DNA of 64,000 nucleotides from Camelus dromedarius (Eukaryota): contig NC_087436.1 of NCBI RefSeq assembly GCF_036321535.1, positions 35,776,001 through 35,840,000 of the forward strand, written 5' to 3'. The position numbers were made by a program, and so were the translations under genes. The notes beneath the pieces were generated by a model, which was given only the letters and a program-made list of their open reading frames with translations, had not been told where the DNA came from and made no database searches. The stretch's first letter is position 1. Every line of letters starts with the position of its first letter. Shown here piece after piece: positions 21,660 through 33,110 of this stretch.

Positions 21660-22886
21660 CCAACTCCAATTTTATCAAGATGGATCATAGACCTAAATAG
21701 AAAAGCTAACAATATAAAGCTTCTAGAAGAAAACATAGAATATCTTTATGCTCCTGGAGAAAGCACTGATTTCATGAAGCAGACATAGAAAGCACTAAAC
21801 ATAAGACGGTAGGTTGGGCTTCATCAAAATGTAAAACTTCTCATTGGAAGATACTATTAAGAAAATAAAAAGGCAAGACACAGACTGGGAGAAAATATCT
21901 GAAATGCATATATCTGACAAAAGACTTTTATCCAGAATATATAAAGAACTATAAGTCTATTACAAAAAAGGCAAATAACCACATTTAAAAATAGGCAGGA
22001 GACAGATTTATCACAAATGAATATATATGAATAAGTTCACAAAAAGCTGCTCATCATATCATTTACTCATCAGAAAAATGGAGATAAAACCACAAAGAAT
22101 CCATCTCTCACCTGCTAGAACAGCTAAAGTTATAAAAGATTGACCATCCAAATGGTATTAAGGAGCTGAGCAACTTAGAATGCTCAAAGGTTGCTGGTGG
22201 AAACGTAAAAATGGTACAACCACCTTGGAAAACAGTATGGCACTTTCTTATTTACACCCTCCACCCCCTCACCCTGCCACATATATCTTATGATCCAGCA
22301 AGTCTCCTTCTAGGTATTTCCTAAGAAGAAGGAAAACATATGTCCACAAAAAGGTTTCTATATGATTTTTCAAAACAATTTTATTTATAATAGTCCCAAA
22401 CTGGAAACTCCCGAAATGCCCATCAACAGGAGGATGTATAAACAAATTGTAGCATATTCATTCAGTGAAACACCACTCGACAATAAAATGGAATGGACTA
22501 CTGATGCACACATCAGAATGGGTCAGTTTCACAAATATGATGCTAAGCGATATTTTGAAATACCACTTACGATGCTAAGCGATATTTTGAAATATCGCTT
22601 AGCATTAAGCCAGACACAAAAGAATGCACACCATATGATTGCGTTTTTATGAAATTCTAGAACAGGTAAAAACTCATCTATAAGAACAGAAATCAAAATA
22701 GTGATTGCCTATGATAGGGAGTAGGGATTGACTGGCAAAGGGGCATGAGGAAACTTTCTGAGATGCTAGAAGTGTTCTCTTTATTAGAATAGTAGTTACA
22801 TTGGAATACATTTATCAAAACTCAATAATTGCATATTTATGACCCATGAATTTCACCGTATATAAATCTGACCTCAATAAAAAGAA
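21660..22886 (+). mobile_element. Old L1 (L1M-type) ORF2 C-terminus plus 3' UTR
   Basis: Translations SRWIIDLNRKANNIKLLEENIEYL and SPKLETPEMPINRRMYKQIVAYS are L1 ORF2-like. There is a typical 3' UTR ending CTCAATAAAAAGAAAA. Confidence 0.9.
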
Positions 22887-22914
22887 AATGATTCTGACTT
22901 TTCTCCTATATTTT

Positions 22915-23310
22915 TCTTTAATTCAATATTTACTGAGTTTCTACTACATACAAAATCATATGTTGTGACCAAGGATACAAAAATAAATAAGAATAGGCCA
23001 CACTCCTTGTCTTTAAGAAATTTAAAGTCTGAGAAGGAGGATTTACACTCTGGTGAAGGAGAGAGACAATAAATTTCACTATGAAACGGCAGGAGCCTTA
23101 GTAGAGCTATGGGGACAGAGCTGAGCTAGAGGAGGGAACCCAGTCTCAGAGGAGGACCTAGATAAGAAGGTTCTGGAAAAGGTGACACCAGAACCTTATC
23201 TTGAGTGTAAAGAGGAAGATGGAGGGAAGGGATTTGCAGGCTGGGAAAGCTCAAACTTCTGGAGACAAGAAATGGCATGGCTTGAGGGAGGAACTAAAAG
23301 TAGTTCAGCT
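22915..23310 (-). mobile_element. L2 LINE 3' fragment
   Basis: TTCAATATTTACTGAGTTTCTACT...AGGATACAAAAATAAATAAG..., a purine-rich reverse-L2 pattern. Confidence 0.6.
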
Positions 23311-23559
23311 TGTTGATGTTAACCTTCCTAATAGTCTCCCTAACATACTTGCCAAGATGAGAAAATTATTTTGTATTTCTACTGTCTAAGTCTGTATTTT
23401 TTTCAATATGAGTGGCACTCACCTTACTCCAGAACTGACCCCCCGCCACCTCTGCCTGCATTCCTGAACTAATCTTTGTTCCACACTTAGCCCTATCTGA
23501 GCTGTCCTACAGTTCAATCATTATAGAACACCGGAGCGAACCCCGTGCAATGCCATATG

Positions 23560-24720
23560 CAAATTTTTTTGAGACTTTGCCTTCTGCTGGCCTCAGCAGC
23601 ATCACTTTCTCCGGCTCCTTTTGTGGCTCTGCCTCACTCAAGCTTTAAATATTGGCATTCCTCTGGCTCTGCCTTAAATAGAATGACTATTTATGGTCCA
23701 AATTGGGCACTGTTGAGAGGGAAAGTGATGCAATTAGCAATTATACCTGGGCAGTAAGTGTTAACCAGGACTATTCCAGGCAAACTGGGATTTATGATCA
23801 TCCTGTTTCTGGGCTCCTTTCTCACTCCGCATTCTCTGCTCAAGTGATCTCAGCCATTCCCACAGCTTCTTTATCGTATTTATCCAAACGATAGCCAAAT
23901 ATCTCCAGCCTGGACTTCACTTCTGAACAGTAGACCCATATAGATAATCCACTTGGATGTGTAACAGGCACCAGCAACTCAACGACTCCAAAACGGAACA
24001 TAGCATAACCTCTCTTCTCATTCACACTCATTCACTCCTCCTCTCCTAGCATTTCCGGTCTCCGTAAAAGGCGGTTCTGTCCCACATGCCCAAATCAGAA
24101 GCCTTTTCCTCCCCCTCACATCCAGTTAAACACCAGTTCTGACAGTTCTACTTCCTGCGCCTCCCTCAAGGCCCTACTTCCCTCGGGAACACCCTGTTTT
24201 CCCCCAGAACAAGTGTTGTCAACTCCTACCCAGACGAGCTTCTATACGGCTGCCGGTGTGATCTTCCCGAAACACAAATCTAATCTTTTTTTTTCTCCCA
24301 CATAAAAACTGTCCAGTTGCTTCCCATTGTCCAGAGACTCCAATTCCAACTTGCAAACTGGCCTCAGGTCACTCTGAGATCCGGCCCCAGCCTCTCTCGT
24401 CAACCGCAGCCCCTCCTCTCTGCTGCAACCCGTTGGAATTCTTTCCGTTCCGGGCATATGCCCAGGTTTTTCTAACCTCGAGAAGTTTTGCACATGATGT
24501 CTTCCTCAGTTGCATGCTGTTCCACCGTATCCACTGGAACTGTAGACTGGAATTCTTTGCACAAGTGTTACACAATTGTAATTATTTATTTTTAACCACT
24601 TGTTTAAAAGTCTATCTTTCCTTCTAGACTGAGAGGCTCTACGAAGCGTATGGCCAGCTCACCGCTGTATCTCAGCACCCATATAGTGCTGAAGTTCAAT
24701 CTACGTATTTTGCGCAATTC
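23560..24720 (+). mobile_element. L2 LINE 3' region
   Basis: CAAATATCTCCAGCCTGGACTTCACTTCTGAAC...TCCACTTGGATGTGTAACAGGCAC...TAGACTGAGAGGCTCTACGAAG...GCTCACCGCTGTATCTCAGCACC. Confidence 0.85.
23677..23805. mobile_element. MER94-like hAT-Blackjack MITE nested in the L2
   Basis: TTTATGGTCCAAATTGGGCACTGTTGAGAGGGAAAG...AACCAGGACTATTCCAGGCAAACTGGGATTTATGATCATCCT resembles the recalled MER94 consensus. Confidence 0.6.
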
Positions 24721-26780
24721 AACAAAGGCTCTCCTTCTAACTGGAAAAGCCTAATTCATTAACTGAAGGAGAAAACTCAAATTCTTTCTGTTTACTCTAA
24801 CAATCAGGTCAACAAAATATTAACAAGAATTGCTTGTATATTTCTTTATTTCAATACATTTGTGTGTCTTGGGGGAAGGGAGGCTCATCATCTCATCAAG
24901 AGGGTGAAGAATATCAAACATATCCCCATCTCACCTTACTTGCTCATTTGTATAACGTGAAAAACGTCACGGTAGAAAAGGAGACGAACCACAATCTAAA
25001 TTCCAGATTTTGGATTTTCACAAGTAGGAAGAATAAGACGTACCATGGTGATTTAATAAATCAGCTGTTTGCTTCCAAGATTAGAGACAAATCACGAGGG
25101 TAAATGCTTAAGACAATTTTCCAAGCAAACCTTGCTAATCCCGCTGATTTCTAACATTCGAGAAACCCCGGGCGAACTCTAACAGTGGAGTTCTTTGTGT
25201 TTTTTTCTTTAATGAGTATTTGACAAAAACAATGAGGTGGGGGAAATGTTCTTGAAGGCACAGAATCCAGTGTCACTTGCTTACAAAGCAACCATTGGGA
25301 CATGAGGTGATTGACCATCTGTTTTCAATCTTGGGTCCAAATTTCTTTTAATCCAGGATGTAATTAAATCCCTGGTACGGACAGAGATATCTATTTCACA
25401 TATATAATTCCCTAGACATTTAATTATAAAGTAGTTGCAATCATTTGCACAAATCAGTTCATGTTATATTATTTTGACATCAGGTTTACATGCCTCGGAA
25501 GGAAATGTCTGGGGCTGTGATGGGGGGAAACTAGTATAATACCTGGAAGGAGTTTGTCCCATCGCCTTCGTTTTCATCCACCAATAAGGCTGCTGCTCTG
25601 TCTTGCCTCTTCTTCCAGTATTAAGATAGGAAGAGACAATTTTGTCAAGTCTACCCTAGTGAGGCCTGAGCTGCAAGATAATTTCTTAAATTCTTTGTTA
25701 ATATATGAAAATCACTTTCTTTAAATTATTAATTATATAGAAAGAGATATTTACTTTAAAAATGAAAATCCCTTAACTCCAGGTAAGACAGGAGGAAATA
25801 TAGATGGTATTCTTTGTGGTATAACGTCTATGCCATGTAATTTCCTCTTGACAAGCATTGACATTGCCCTTGTATTCCGTAGTTACATGGTTTTATTCTA
25901 CACAAAGGTATAGAATCAAACAATATAACTGTGACTGCAGTAAAACTAGTAAGCTGGCATCTTCCTGTTTGTGTTTGAAGTCACAGGAAGAAGAAATGGA
26001 AATTGCATCAAAAATCCTTTTGCAAAGATAGTGTCATCCAAAAGTCTTATCACACATTATGTACATTATTCTTATGTCTTGATAGAGGATATAGCACATC
26101 AAATAAGCAGTGTCTTCATAAATGTACACTTCTAAGTCCTGTCTCTATTATACACACTGCATATCTGTTTCAAGGATCGATTTCTAGTTTAATATTTTAT
26201 CATGATCTTACTCCACCCTGTTTAGATATAGTGACTTCATAAAAGGACAAAGAAGAGAGACTGACTTATGTTGGTCTAGAAATGAGGAGGCAAACTCTTT
26301 AGACTCTAGGCTAAACCCAGAAGCCAAAATAAAAAACTATTATTTAAAATAATCAATTCCCAAGAGCCGTGGAAAAGAGATCTAAGTTTTTATTATTTTT
26401 CCTTTTCTCAACAAATTCTTTGCCCCTTTTTAGTTTATAAATGTTATTGTTATTTTTCTCTCCCTACCACCTCATCTGCAAAATCTGAATTTTCTCAGTA
26501 CTCTGGTAAATAGCTTTCTTGTCTAAGCAATTTGTCTTGTTTGTTTGCTTTATACTTTTCCTTCCGTCTCATCAGTCAGTCAATAATTAATTTAAGAAGA
26601 ATTTGTTGAGTATGTCATATATTCCAGGCAGTGAGCATGAGCTCCTCCTTTATTCACAAAGAGGTTTTTAAGCCCATTTCATCAGGCTGCTTTTCATGAA
26701 GGTCCTGGAATATCCTAGTAAGTAGTTTGCATTTCATTTTCAAAGTAAGGGAGCCAGTGAAGGACTCTAATCAGGGGGTG

Positions 26781-27570
26781 TGTAGCAAAGAATTGGACTG
26801 AACTTCACTGAGAGTTCTTGGGAGGTAACCTGTAAGCCCTGGGATTTCCTGAGTGATAGGAGTGCCTGTTATTCATGGTGGGCCCCTGAACATGGGACAG
26901 TTACACTGATGAGGGGGCTCACAGTGGGCACTGACAGTTTATGCTAATTAGATGACACCAGGATAGGGCCAGCACACCCATACTCTTAAGGGGCCATGTT
27001 AGAGAGACCATGTTAGAAAGACCAGTCATGTGATGAGAGAGTTGGAGCTTTGAGCCATGTGGCGTCAGCTCAACCTCTGGGGAGGGGAGGGAGGCTGGAA
27101 ATCAAGCTCAAACACAGGGGCAACGCATCAGTCAATTACCCTACTTAGTGATGGCTCGATAAAAGCCGGGACGACTGGAGCTCAGGTGAGCTTCCAGGGT
27201 AGGCAAAACTTCAGTGTGTGTCTCTACACATCGATGCTGGGAGGGCAGTGTGTCCCCGAGGACATGGAAGCTTCACATTTGGAATCTTCCCAGTCCCGGA
27301 TTCCACCTTATGCATGTCTTCCCTTGGCTGGTTCTGATTTGCATCCTTTAACCTTACTAAAACCGTAATTGCAGGTAAAGCAATTTCATGAGTCCTGTGA
27401 GTCATCCTAGCAAATCACTGACCTGAGGGGGCTGTGGAGACCCTTGAATTTGTATTCAGCTGGTCGGAAGTGAGAGTGGCTCCAGGATCCTGGGGTCAGA
27501 AGTCCTGGGCAGATGCGGCAATCTGGAAGTCTGTGCCCTGAACCTCAAGTCTGGCTGACCCGAGGTTGGG
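26781..27570 (+). mobile_element. MER21-family solo LTR (MER21C-like)
   Basis: Starts TGTAGCAAAGAATT and contains GGGAGGTAACCTGTAAGCCCTGGGATTTCCTGAGTGATAGGAGTG and TTTATGCTAAT. It shares blocks with the LTR at 49393-50208. Confidence 0.8.
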
Positions 27571-27819
27571 GCGAGAAGCGTTGGTCTGCATCTTAGGCAG
27601 TAGTATGAAGGCTGATCGGAGGTCATTATAGTCGGTGGGGTGAGCAATATGTCCCTGAATGAGGTGCCCCAGATCAGGTTCTAGGAAGGCTCTAGGGAAG
27701 AAGCAGCAGCGTCTGAGATGAACCTTGAGGTGGACAGACTCAACAAACTGGAAAAATGAGGAGGCACACAAACTAAGTAACCTGAACTATACTGCAGAAT
27801 GAGAAAAGCAGGCAATTAC

Positions 27820-28230
27820 TTGTGCTGGCTTCCTATTGCGGCTGTAAACATTCACCACAAATTTGGTGGCTTAAAACAGCACAGATTTAATGATCTTCCA
27901 GCTCTGGGGGTCAGCAGTCTGAAATGGGCCAGCAAGGCTGCCTTCCTTCTGGTCTCACTGCAAGTCTTGACTCCTGGCCCCACATCACCCTGACTTCTGC
28001 TTCCATCATAACGCCTCCCCCTCTGACTCAGACCCACTCGCCTCCCTCTTATAAGGACCCCCCTTTTTTTTTACATTGTGCCCACATTTATAATCTCCCC
28101 ATCTCAAGTCCCTTAATGTAGTCACATCTGCAAGGTCTCTTTTGCTATGTCAGATAATATATTCATGGGTTCTAGAGATTAGGTCATGGACATTTGGAGT
28201 GGAGAAACCCATGATTCTGCCAACCACAGT
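27820..28230 (-). mobile_element. MLT1 (MaLR) solo LTR
   Basis: TTCCTATTGCGGCTGTAAACATTCACCACAAATTTGGTGGCTTAAAACAGCACAGATTTA...TTATAAGGACCC...ATTAGGTCATGGACATTT. Confidence 0.85.
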
Positions 28231-28407
28231 ATTCCTGTTTAAGTGGAGGACAAAAAAATGCAAATATGATAGGGAAGTAGACGGAGGGTTGTACTCTTTG
28301 GACGAGAAGGAGGCATTAAAAGTCTGATTAGCAAGATAATGACTAGATTGCTGTGATTTAGGAAACACGACCTGTGATGTAGGCTGGATTAAAAGGGGGA
28401 GAGACCA

Positions 28408-28609
28408 GAGGAGACTTGTTAGGACACTACTGGAATAGCCACTTACAATTTGATGAAGCCTGGACTCCAGAAAAATTAAAACAGAGGGGATTTGGGAGAC
28501 AGGTCATTGAGGAGACTTTTTAGGACACTACTGGAATAGCCACTTACAATTTGATGAAGCCTGGACTCCAGAAAAATTAAAACAGAGGGGATTTGGGAGA
28601 CAGGTCATT
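28408..28609. repeat. Near-perfect 101-bp tandem duplication within a degenerate L2 fragment
   Basis: Copies 28408-28508 and 28509-28609 differ at one position that I can see (G28418 versus T28519). Confidence 0.95.
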
Positions 28610-29546
28610 CACGAGACTTGGCAACGGACTGGACACGAGAGAAAGCAAGGTACATGAAAGTTTCAAGCTAACAGGAGGCGGAAATAACACGAAGCTAAAT
28701 TTTAAATAGAGCTTATTTGGCAGGAAAATAATACATTATATTTTGAATATGGTTTGGAAATTGTATGGAGAATAGCACGACGGTCCGTCCAGCAGACACC
28801 AAAAACTTGGGAGAGCAGTAACATGTGAACCTGGGTATTTGAGTCTCATGCACAGAGCAGGTAGTTGAATATATGGAGAGAATCCCTAAGGCAGAGATCA
28901 AAGAAAAGAACAGAAGAGGCTGAACACAAAACTTTAGGATTTAAGCATTATTCATACATTTGACAAGACATTATTTTATTATTATAGTGCCCACTTTGTT
29001 CCAGGCATTGTGCTAGGAACTGGAGATAGTAAAAAAGTAAAAACTCAGTCCCTGCTTTCATACACCTTACAGGTTTAGCAGAGATGGCGGACAATAGACC
29101 AAAGATGACAGCACAGTGTGAAAATGTTAAGCTAGCAGTGTTTGAAGGGGACTAAGGGTGTTACAGGCACCGGCAATCAGAATCACAGGGTTAGGGGGTT
29201 GAAGAGGGAAACAGAGAGGGAGAGGCAGGCTTTCCCGATTAAGCAGAAGAAGGGGCCAGGAAATGACAATCTAGGGAAAACAAACATCTCCCAAGTCAGG
29301 CAAGTTTGGAAAAGCCTGACTTGGAGAATTCTCATAGCCCAGTACTGCTTGTGAATGGAAGTGTGAGATTTACTGGCGAGAATGAAAAAGCCCATCCCGG
29401 TGGAGAAAGTGCTTATTTGCAGTAGAGAAAACTTCGCTGAGGTTAGCATCTCCTGCCGTGTCTGGCATATAGCTGATGTTCAGTAAATATTACATGAGTG
29501 CATTAAAATTTGTGAAACACTCTTTCACACATTACTGTATATAGAT

Positions 29547-30026
29547 TGCAGGCAGGTCAATGTCCTTCCAGTGGTGTCCGTGTCCTACTTTCTAGAACCG
29601 GTGAATTTGTTACATTACATGGCAAGCAGGAAATTGGGTTGCAGGCAGAATTAAGGTTGTTAATTAGTTGACCTTCACATAGGGAGATGATCCTGGATTA
29701 TTGGGGTGAGCCCAGCATAATCACAAGCATCCTTAAATGTAGAACTGGGCAGCAGTAGAGGGAGTCAGAGTGATGTAAGGTGGGAAGACAGAAAGAGCCA
29801 TGAGCCAGGGAATGTGGGAAGCTTCTAGAACCTGGCCAAAAGTAAGAAAGCAGATCGTCCCTTGGAGCCTCCAGAAGTGAACACCGTCTTGCTAACACCT
29901 TGGTGTTAGTGTAATGAGATCCATTTTGGACTCCTGACCTCGGAACTGTAAGACAATAAACTTGAGTTGTTTCAAGTCACTAAATTTGTGTTCATTTGTT
30001 ACAGCAGCAATTGGAAAGCAATGCAG
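29547..30026 (+). mobile_element. MLT1 (MaLR, MLT1D-like) solo LTR
   Basis: GTGAATTTGTTACATTACATGGCAA...ATCCTGGATTATT...AACTGTAAGACAATAAACTTGAGTTG...TTTGTTACAGCAGCAAT. Confidence 0.85.
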
Positions 30027-30074
30027 TCATCTTGCGTTCCAGATGATGGAATTAAGATTAAAATAGGTATTCAA

Positions 30075-31570
30075 AAAATGAAGATAAAAAGACAGAAATC
30101 TCAATATCAGAAATTAAACAGAAGATATCGTTATCGACCCTGCAGCCATTAAAAGAGAAATAAAGGATTGCTGTGAAGAACCTTATACCTATGTTAGACA
30201 ATTTAAAAGAAGCAGATCAATTTCTCAAAAAGGGAAACAAATAAAATTTAACCAAGACGAATAATCTGAATTATCTTTTACTATCCAAGAACTGAATTCA
30301 TTACTTAAAAAGCTCCAGAAAAAGAAATCGCCATGCTCAGATCTCCCCACTGGAGAATTCTGCAAAATATTTAAAGAAGAATTAACACCAGTCCTATACA
30401 ATCTCTTCCAGAAATTAGAAAAGGAGAGAACACTTTCTAACTCATTTTATGAGGCTAGTATTACTCTCAGCAAAATTTAAAAATCATACAAAAAAGAAAA
30501 CTACAGACCATAGCTCTCATAAACTCAGATGCAAACATTCTCGAAAAAAGATTAGCAAATTCAAGTCAGCAATATAAACAAAGAAAAGAGTTTTATTTAT
30601 TTGTTTGCTTGTTTATTTATTTCATGAGCAAGTGGGATTTATTCCAGGTTTGCAAGCCTGGTTTAACATTTGAAAATCAATATAATCCAGGTTAAAGAAG
30701 AAAAATCACATCATCACATGTATTGATTCAGAAAAAGCATTTGACAAAATCTAACACTCATTGATGATTAAAAATAAAGAACTTATGAATGAGGAGATAC
30801 CCAAATTGGTAAGAAGCATCTACAAAAAACCTACTGTTAGCAACATACCTAGCGGTGAACACTAAATGCTTTTCCTCTAAGACTGGGGACAAAGTGAGGG
30901 TGTTCACGTTCACTGCTGTTATTAACATAGTACTGAACGTTCTAGCCACTGCAAAAAGGTAAGAAAAATAAATAAAATTCATACAGATTGGAAAGAAAGA
31001 AATAAAACTGTCCCTATTTGAGATAACAGGATTGTCAACATAGAAAATCCCAAGAGATCTACAAATAAACTCCTAGAACTAGTTACTGAGCTCAGCAGGA
31101 TGGCAGGATGGAACATGAGATGAACACACAAAAATCAATTGTACCTTTATACATTAACAATAAGATGGGCAAAGCAAAATTTAAAACTCACTATCACTTA
31201 TGATCACTCCAAAAAATGATTTAGGCATAAACTTAAAACATGTACAGGCTCTGTATGGTAAAAATTACAAAATGGAGATGAAAGATATCAAAAAGACCTA
31301 AATGAAATGAAACACATAACTGTCACATGACCCAAACTGTACTCTTGGGCATTTATCCCAAAGAAATGAAGATATGTTCACATAAATATCTGTACGAGAA
31401 TGTTCAGAGAAGCTTTATTCATGACCCAAAACTGGGAACAATCTTTCAACGGGTGAATGATAAACAAAATGTGGTACATACTTAGCATGGACAATACGAC
31501 TTGGCGAGAAAAAAGAGCAGACGACTGGTGCACACAACCACCTGAGATGGGAATTATACTGAGAGAAATG
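30075..31570 (+). mobile_element. Old L1 ORF2 (RT-region) fragment joined to a 3' segment
   Basis: GGAGAATTCTGCAAAATATTTAAAGAAGAA, AACTCATTTTATGAGGCTAGTATTAC, GAAAACTACAGACCA and GATTCAGAAAAAGCATTTGACAAAAT (DAEKAFDKI motif). The frames are disrupted. Confidence 0.92.
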
Positions 31571-31704
31571 GGCAGGGGGGCTGCATTCAGAATCAGAGGT
31601 GAAGGAATCTTAGAGTCCATCAGTCTCTTGGTTTTTACAAATAAGGACACGTAGTTCCTTAGAGTCCACGAGGGATACCTTTAGGGTCAGACGGATCAGA
31701 GTAG

Positions 31705-31875
31705 GATTTGAAACCAGTTTTGACATTCACTACATGAGCAACCTTGACAAGTGGCATGTCTCTCTGAGCCTTGGTGGCTTTGTTTATAAAATGGAAAGAG
31801 TAATTACATCACTATGTTGTTCTCAGAATTAAATGAGATGCATGTGTGAACTGTCTGAAATACTATAGGTGTTCC
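31705..31875 (+). mobile_element. MIR SINE
   Basis: ACCTTGACAAGTGGCATGTCTCTCTGAGCCTT...ATAAAATGGAAAGAGTAAT...AGAATTAAATGAGATG. Confidence 0.7.
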
Positions 31876-31914
31876 ATCATTTCTTTTTCCCCTGCTCAGT
31901 GAAAACAAAACTAA

Positions 31915-33110
31915 AAGATAAACATGTTCATCCTTGTGTGAACGTATCTGCAGGATAAAATCCTGAAAGTGAATTGGCAAGGTTTATGGAGTTTTTGTTT
32001 TGCGAGATATTTTCAAATTCCCATCAAAAGAGATGATACAGTTTTCACACCCATTAGATCTGTTAAAGAGAGTTTATTTCCTCAAGGCCTCATCGACACA
32101 GTGAGTCATCAAGTTTTTCAGTGTTTTCCAATCAGATAAGTGAAAAATGGTACCTAGGTGTGGTTTTATTTTGTATTTCTCTTAGAACAGTAGTAGAGTT
32201 GAAAATCTTTTCAGAGTATATTAAAGACTGTAAACATAGTAAATTATAGGTACACACTAAACTATATTTATATTTTGTTTCCTATAAACTAGTTGTTCAG
32301 CTATCAATTTGTCTATTTTATTGCATTTTCCAAGGACTTATTTTGAATGTATTTATATTTGTTACTGTGTTTCTGTTTTCCAATTTATTAATTTATATTT
32401 TATTTTTATATTCCTTCCTTTTGAATTTCTCAGGAAATTGTTTATTTTTTATTGATTTAAACACATAAAGCTATGAAGTTTTCCTCTAAAAATTGCTTTA
32501 GCTATATCCCATATGTTATGATATGGAGGTTTTGTATTCCTTGTATTTTGTATGTATCTTATCTATGTATTTCAGTTTGTATTTCTTCTTTGAGCCAAGA
32601 ATTGCAGGTTTTATTGATTTGTTTTCTGCCTTTCATTTCCAGGTACTAGGGGCTTTTATTTTTATTAATTTCTGGGTTGTTTTCATTGTAATTGGAGAAT
32701 TCTATCTATATTCTGCTCTTTGGGGGGAGTGGAGAGGTAACTAGATTTATTGATTTATTATTATTATTTTTTATTGGAGGTACTGGGAATTGAACCCAGG
32801 ACCTTGTGCATGCTAAGCACTCACTCTGCCATCAAGCACACACTCTACTACAGAGCTATACCCTCCTCCCCATACTCTTTTTGAATTTTGGGAATATGCT
32901 GAGGTTTCCTTTGTGGGCTGATAAAATGTATCAATTCAGATATACTTAAAATGAAGATATATTCTCCATTATTAGGAGAGAAAATGACATATATTATAAA
33001 GCTATTTACTTATTAATAATATTATTAAGCTCTATGTATTTTCATATTTTTGAACCCTTGCTCTTCTATGAACTGAAAGAAAACAAGTCGACTACTAGTA
33101 TTTTTTCTAG
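31915..33110 (-). mobile_element. Old L1 fragments, antisense
   Basis: T-rich reverse L1 motifs: AGTGAAAAATGGTACCTAGGTGTGGTTTTATTTTGTATTTCTCT and TTTCCTCTAAAAATTGCTTTAGCTATATCCCATATG. Confidence 0.7.
32720..32872 (-). mobile_element. tRNA-derived SINE (camelid Vic-1-like)
   Basis: The reverse complement has GGGTATAGCTC (A box), GCTTAGCATGCACAAGGTCCTGGGTTCAATTCCCAGTACCTCC (B box) and an AT-rich tail ending ...GTTACCTCTCC. Confidence 0.85.

Noticed and set aside
28408..28609. CRISPR-like or satellite array
   Set aside because: There are only two adjacent copies with no spacers, in a mammalian context.
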